DNA of 64,000 nt, from assembly GCA_052174015.1 (NCBI GenBank), contig JBQMXM010000002.1, forward strand, positions 17,999-81,998, read 5' to 3'. Source of the stretch: Clostridium sp. (GTDB lineage: Bacteria; Bacillota; Clostridia; TANB77; CAG-508). A program made the position numbers and the translations under genes. The notes beneath the pieces are model-generated. The model saw only the letters and a list, made by a program, of their open reading frames with translations, was not told the origin of the DNA and ran no database searches. The stretch's first letter is position 1. Every line of letters begins with the position of its first letter. Below are positions 60,805 through 64,000 of the stretch, one piece after another.

Positions 60805-61996
60805 TTTTGCCTCCCTTTAATCCTAAATATCTAAATACTTCTCCTTCTTGTTCTAAAGTTTCATATACTTCTAATATATTTTCTATTGAAACATCTCTTC
60901 CACCAATTCCATATATATAGTTATATATTTTTTGGTCTGTATTTTGAGATTTATTCATTTCATTTATTTTTAATGCAGTTATAATATTTTGAAATACTAT
61001 CCCTCCATTTAAATTGTATGTAAATACTTTTTCAAGTACTGCTATTTTCTTTACATTTTTTAAAGCTTCTACTGTTTCATATGCAGGAAATGGATTTAAT
61101 AATCTAATTCCAAGTACCCCTACTTTTTCTCCTTTTTTTCTTAATTTATCTACAACTTCTTGTGCTGTTTCAAAAGTTGAACCTAATACCACTATAACTT
61201 TTTCTGCGTCTGTTACCATATATTGTTCTATCATATCTATTTTAACATTAGATATTGCTTCATATTCTTTTGATATTTCATTAAATGATTTATATGCATT
61301 TTTTATCGCTTGTTCTTGATTATATTTATGTTCAAATAGATATGGTGGTAAATCTAATGGTCCTGCAGTTATTTTTTGTGTTAATAAATTTCTATTTAAA
61401 TCATATTTACCTATAAATTTTTGTACTTTTTCGTCTTCAATTACATTAATATTTTCTATTGAATGTGATGTGATAAATCCATCTTGACAAATCATAATAG
61501 GTAATTGAACATCTAACTTTTCTGCTAATCTTATTGCAAAAACATTATTATTATAGACTTCTTGATTATTTTTAGCAAACAAGATTATCCAACCTGTATT
61601 TATTGCAGCTATTGCGTCTGAATGGTCATTATGTATATTAAGTGGACCTGATATAGCTCTTGTTGCCACATTCATAATAACTGGTGCTCTCATACTTGCA
61701 GCAATATGTAACATTTCAAACATATATGCAAGTCCGTTTGATGATGTTGCAGTCATTGTTCTTGCTCCACTTAATGCTGAACCAATACATGCAGACATAG
61801 CTGAATGTTCACTTTCTACTGTAATAAATTGTGTATCCACTTCTCCATTTGCAACATATTTTGAAAAAATTTCTGGTATTTCTGTTGAAGGAGTTATAGG
61901 GAATGCCGCTACTACATCTGGATTTATTTGTTTCATTGCAAACGCTGCTGCTTGATTTCCACTTAATTTAGTTTGCATCATTATACTCCTTTTCAT
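60794..61996 (-). CDS. porA: 2-oxoacid:ferredoxin oxidoreductase, alpha subunit.
   Basis: LSGNQAAAFAMKQINPDVVAAFPITPSTEI N-terminus typical of PorA/VorA. Confidence 0.85.
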   Translation of the reverse strand: MKRSIMMQTKLSGNQAAAFAMKQINPDVVAAFPITPSTEIPEIFSKYVANGEVDTQFITVESEHSAMSACIGSALSGARTMTATSSNGLAYMFEMLHIAASMRAPVIMNVATRAISGPLNIHNDHSDAIAAINTGWIILFAKNNQEVYNNNVFAIRLAEKLDVQLPIMICQDGFITSHSIENINVIEDEKVQKFIGKYDLNRNLLTQKITAGPLDLPPYLFEHKYNQEQAIKNAYKSFNEISKEYEAISNVKIDMIEQYMVTDAEKVIVVLGSTFETAQEVVDKLRKKGEKVGVLGIRLLNPFPAYETVEALKNVKKIAVLEKVFTYNLNGGIVFQNIITALKINEMNKSQNTDQKIYNYIYGIGGRDVSIENILEVYETLEQEGEVFRYLGLKGGKSGI

Positions 61997-62270
61997 CTTC
62001 CATTATAATTGCTTCAAATGGACATACATTTGCACATATACCACATCCTTTACAATATTCATAATTAAAATCTCCTCTTTGTATTTGTTCTTTATCTAAT
62101 AATATACAATTATCTGGACAAACAGCCCAACATAATCCACATTGTACACATTTTTCTTGAATCCATACTGGGCGTTTTACTCTCCAATTCCCAGTTTTAA
62201 ATTCTTTTGAATTTCCTGGTTGTGTTATTTCACAATCAATATTTGTTTCTTTATTTTCTTCTTTTTGCAT
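61968..62270 (-). CDS. porD: 2-oxoacid:ferredoxin oxidoreductase, delta subunit (2x[4Fe-4S] ferredoxin).
   Basis: CVQCGLCWAVCP and CKGCGICANVCP motifs. Confidence 0.85.
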   Translation of the reverse strand: MQKEENKETNIDCEITQPGNSKEFKTGNWRVKRPVWIQEKCVQCGLCWAVCPDNCILLDKEQIQRGDFNYEYCKGCGICANVCPFEAIIMEDEKEYNDAN

Positions 62271-62332
62271 CTTTCTTTCACTTTCTATTTTCTTTATATA
62301 TATTTTTTTATTAAATATTATCTAATTAAATA

Positions 62333-62941
62333 TTATCTATTATTAAATATTTCTATTACTTTTTTCACACAAAGCATATTTTTTTCTATTAACTCTGTAT
62401 TATCACTAAATTTAATTGATATTTCTTGATGTAATATATCTATAATTTTTTGTCTATTTTTTTGTCCTACTATTTCTTCTTTGTTTTCAATATATTCTTG
62501 TTTTTGTAATATCATTAAGATTGCTGTTAACATTGGAATATTAGGAAATACTTTATCTAATATTTCTTTTGATATATTTGTTGCATCTAATGTATATACT
62601 TTTTGTGTTTGTAATAGTTTTATTTTTTTTCTAATTTCTGTTTCTGTTAATCCTGTATTTACAACTAAAGTACCATTTTCTTTTAATCCCTTAATAGTAT
62701 CATTGTTTATTTGTGTTTCATCAACAATAACTACATAATCAGGATTATATATATTACTATGCACCCTTATTTTTTTATCGTCAAATCTATTAAATGCTGT
62801 TAAAGGTGCTCCTGTTCTTTCAGGACCATATTCTGGAAAACCTTGTACATATTTTCCAAGTACAAATAATATATCTGCAAGCATTAATGATGCTGTCTTT
62901 GTACCTTGTCCTCCTCTACCATGCCATCTTATTTCTATCAT
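62333..62941 (-). CDS. porC: 2-oxoacid:ferredoxin oxidoreductase, gamma subunit.
   Basis: IRWHGRGGQGTKTASLMLA motif. Confidence 0.85.
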   Translation of the reverse strand: MIEIRWHGRGGQGTKTASLMLADILFVLGKYVQGFPEYGPERTGAPLTAFNRFDDKKIRVHSNIYNPDYVVIVDETQINNDTIKGLKENGTLVVNTGLTETEIRKKIKLLQTQKVYTLDATNISKEILDKVFPNIPMLTAILMILQKQEYIENKEEIVGQKNRQKIIDILHQEISIKFSDNTELIEKNMLCVKKVIEIFNNR

Positions 62942-63348
62942 TTTAATCCTTTCATTTCATCTATAATTTCTAAGATTCTATCCATTATTTTTTTAAGTTC
63001 TTGTTTTTCTTCATTAATATACAAATATCCTATTACTGCTTCAAGTGCAGTTGATTTAGCATATTCTTCATGTGTTGTATTTTTTGGTAAATGATAATTT
63101 TTCTGATTTCTCGCTCTTCTTGCAATATCTTTCAATTCTTCTGATAATTCTTCATATATCTTATCATAAATTTGAGATTGCTTTTTAGCATTTACCAATT
63201 TAATTGTTCTTAAATGTAATGTATGTGGTTTAGCTAATGTGTTTTCTATTATCTTATTCCTTATATGTATTTCATATATTGCATCTCCAATATATGCCCA
63301 AACTAATGGTGATAAATAGTCTGCTTTTTTATATTCTATTTCTTTCAT
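62938..63348 (-). CDS. mrnC: Mini-ribonuclease III.
   Basis: LSPLVWAYIGDAIYEIHIR catalytic-helix motif. Confidence 0.8.
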   Translation of the reverse strand: MKEIEYKKADYLSPLVWAYIGDAIYEIHIRNKIIENTLAKPHTLHLRTIKLVNAKKQSQIYDKIYEELSEELKDIARRARNQKNYHLPKNTTHEEYAKSTALEAVIGYLYINEEKQELKKIMDRILEIIDEMKGLK

Positions 63349-64000
63349 GCTTTTTCTAAAGTTATTCTCCCTATTTTCCCTGATTTATATTGTGTTAATA
63401 TTAATTTTGAAGTTTTAGATATATCTAAATCTCCACCTTGCATAAGAATATTTTTCTTTAATGCTACCATTTTTAAAAATGTATAAGGAATATTTTTAGT
63501 TTGTTTAATTTTTTCTAATTCTTCTGATGATATATCATATTTTTTACATACTAATTCTATATCTCTTGGACTATCTAAACACATCTTTATGAATGAATAT
63601 GCGAGTTCTACTTCATCTAGTATTTCTTCTTTAATTGCTCCTGTTATTCCTAATTTTTCTCCAACTGACTCATCTTCAAATTTAGGCCATAACATCCCTG
63701 GAGTATCTAACATAGATATATCTTTATCTACTCTAAGCCACTTTAATTTTTTAGTTACACCTGCCTTATTTTTAACTTCTAATGTTTTTTTACCACTCAT
63801 CATATTAATTAATGTTGATTTCCCAATATTTGGAATACCTAATATTAATATTTTTACTGTTGTAATTCCTTTTTTTTCTTTTAGTAATTTTTGTTTTAAT
63901 TGTTCTACCAGAGAATTATTAACTGCAACAAATGGTATAACATCTAAAACATCTTCTTCTTTTTTTAATCTTTGTATCCATTTTTCTGTTTCTTCTGGAT
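63345..64000 (-). CDS. rbgA: Ribosome biogenesis GTPase A (RbgA/YlqF). It is 5'-truncated by the window edge, and the reading frame is open to position 64000.
   Basis: Manual translation upstream of the ORF-track start gives the G1 motif ILILGIPNIGKSTLINMMSGKK. Downstream are LDTPGMLWPKF (G3) and the RbgA C-terminal domain. Confidence 0.8.
   Translation of the reverse strand, partial: PEETEKWIQRLKKEEDVLDVIPFVAVNNSLVEQLKQKLLKEKKGITTVKILILGIPNIGKSTLINMMSGKKTLEVKNKAGVTKKLKWLRVDKDISMLDTPGMLWPKFEDESVGEKLGITGAIKEEILDEVELAYSFIKMCLDSPRDIELVCKKYDISSEELEKIKQTKNIPYTFLKMVALKKNILMQGGDLDISKTSKLILTQYKSGKIGRITLEKA

Overview
The window is a very AT-rich (roughly 25% GC) bacterial chromosomal segment. Gene content points to a low-GC anaerobe: anaerobic ribonucleotide reductase NrdDG, a four-subunit 2-oxoacid:ferredoxin oxidoreductase, a type A RNase P RNA, Mini-RNase III and RbgA. 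All genes but one (59073..59738) lie on the minus strand.

The core is a continuous ribosomal-protein super-operon at 20138..36329, running rpsJ-rplCDWB-rpsS-rplV-rpsC-rplP-rpmC-rpsQ-rplNXE-rpsZ-rpsH-rplFR-rpsE-rplO-secY-adk-map-infA-rpmJ-rpsMKD-rpoA-rplQ. It has no rpmD (L30) and carries several unusually long AT-rich internal spacers. A sigma-70-like promoter and structured leader sit upstream of rpsJ. A type A RNase P RNA (rnpB) lies at about 42508..42856 on the minus strand.

The accessory content is the part worth a second look:

- A compact type IV pilus-like operon at 11799..12743 through 4936..5868, reading prepilin peptidase, a 403-aa prepilin-like protein, PilB-like ATPase, PilC-like platform protein, a processive membrane GT2 synthase with a QxxRW motif, and an HD-GYP c-di-GMP phosphodiesterase.
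- A family of unusually large prepilin-like proteins, 212..1618 and a frameshifted paralog at 46563..48237. They share a roughly 300-aa conserved C-terminal domain and a variable middle region, and a (TA)8-9 tract lies upstream of the first copy.
- A small prepilin-like protein followed by a membrane-anchored FGE-sulfatase-domain protein at 36662..38226.
- A DPPR-synthase-like UbiA prenyltransferase, a HAD phosphatase and a large polytopic membrane protein at 12879..16144, suggesting a lipid-linked pentose glycosylation pathway.
- A Fic-domain protein translationally coupled to a large membrane protein at 43656..46453.
- A secreted or anchored Pro/Thr-rich surface protein next to an HExxH-motif protein at 56874..58816.

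No CRISPR, rRNA, tRNA or obvious mobile elements were seen.
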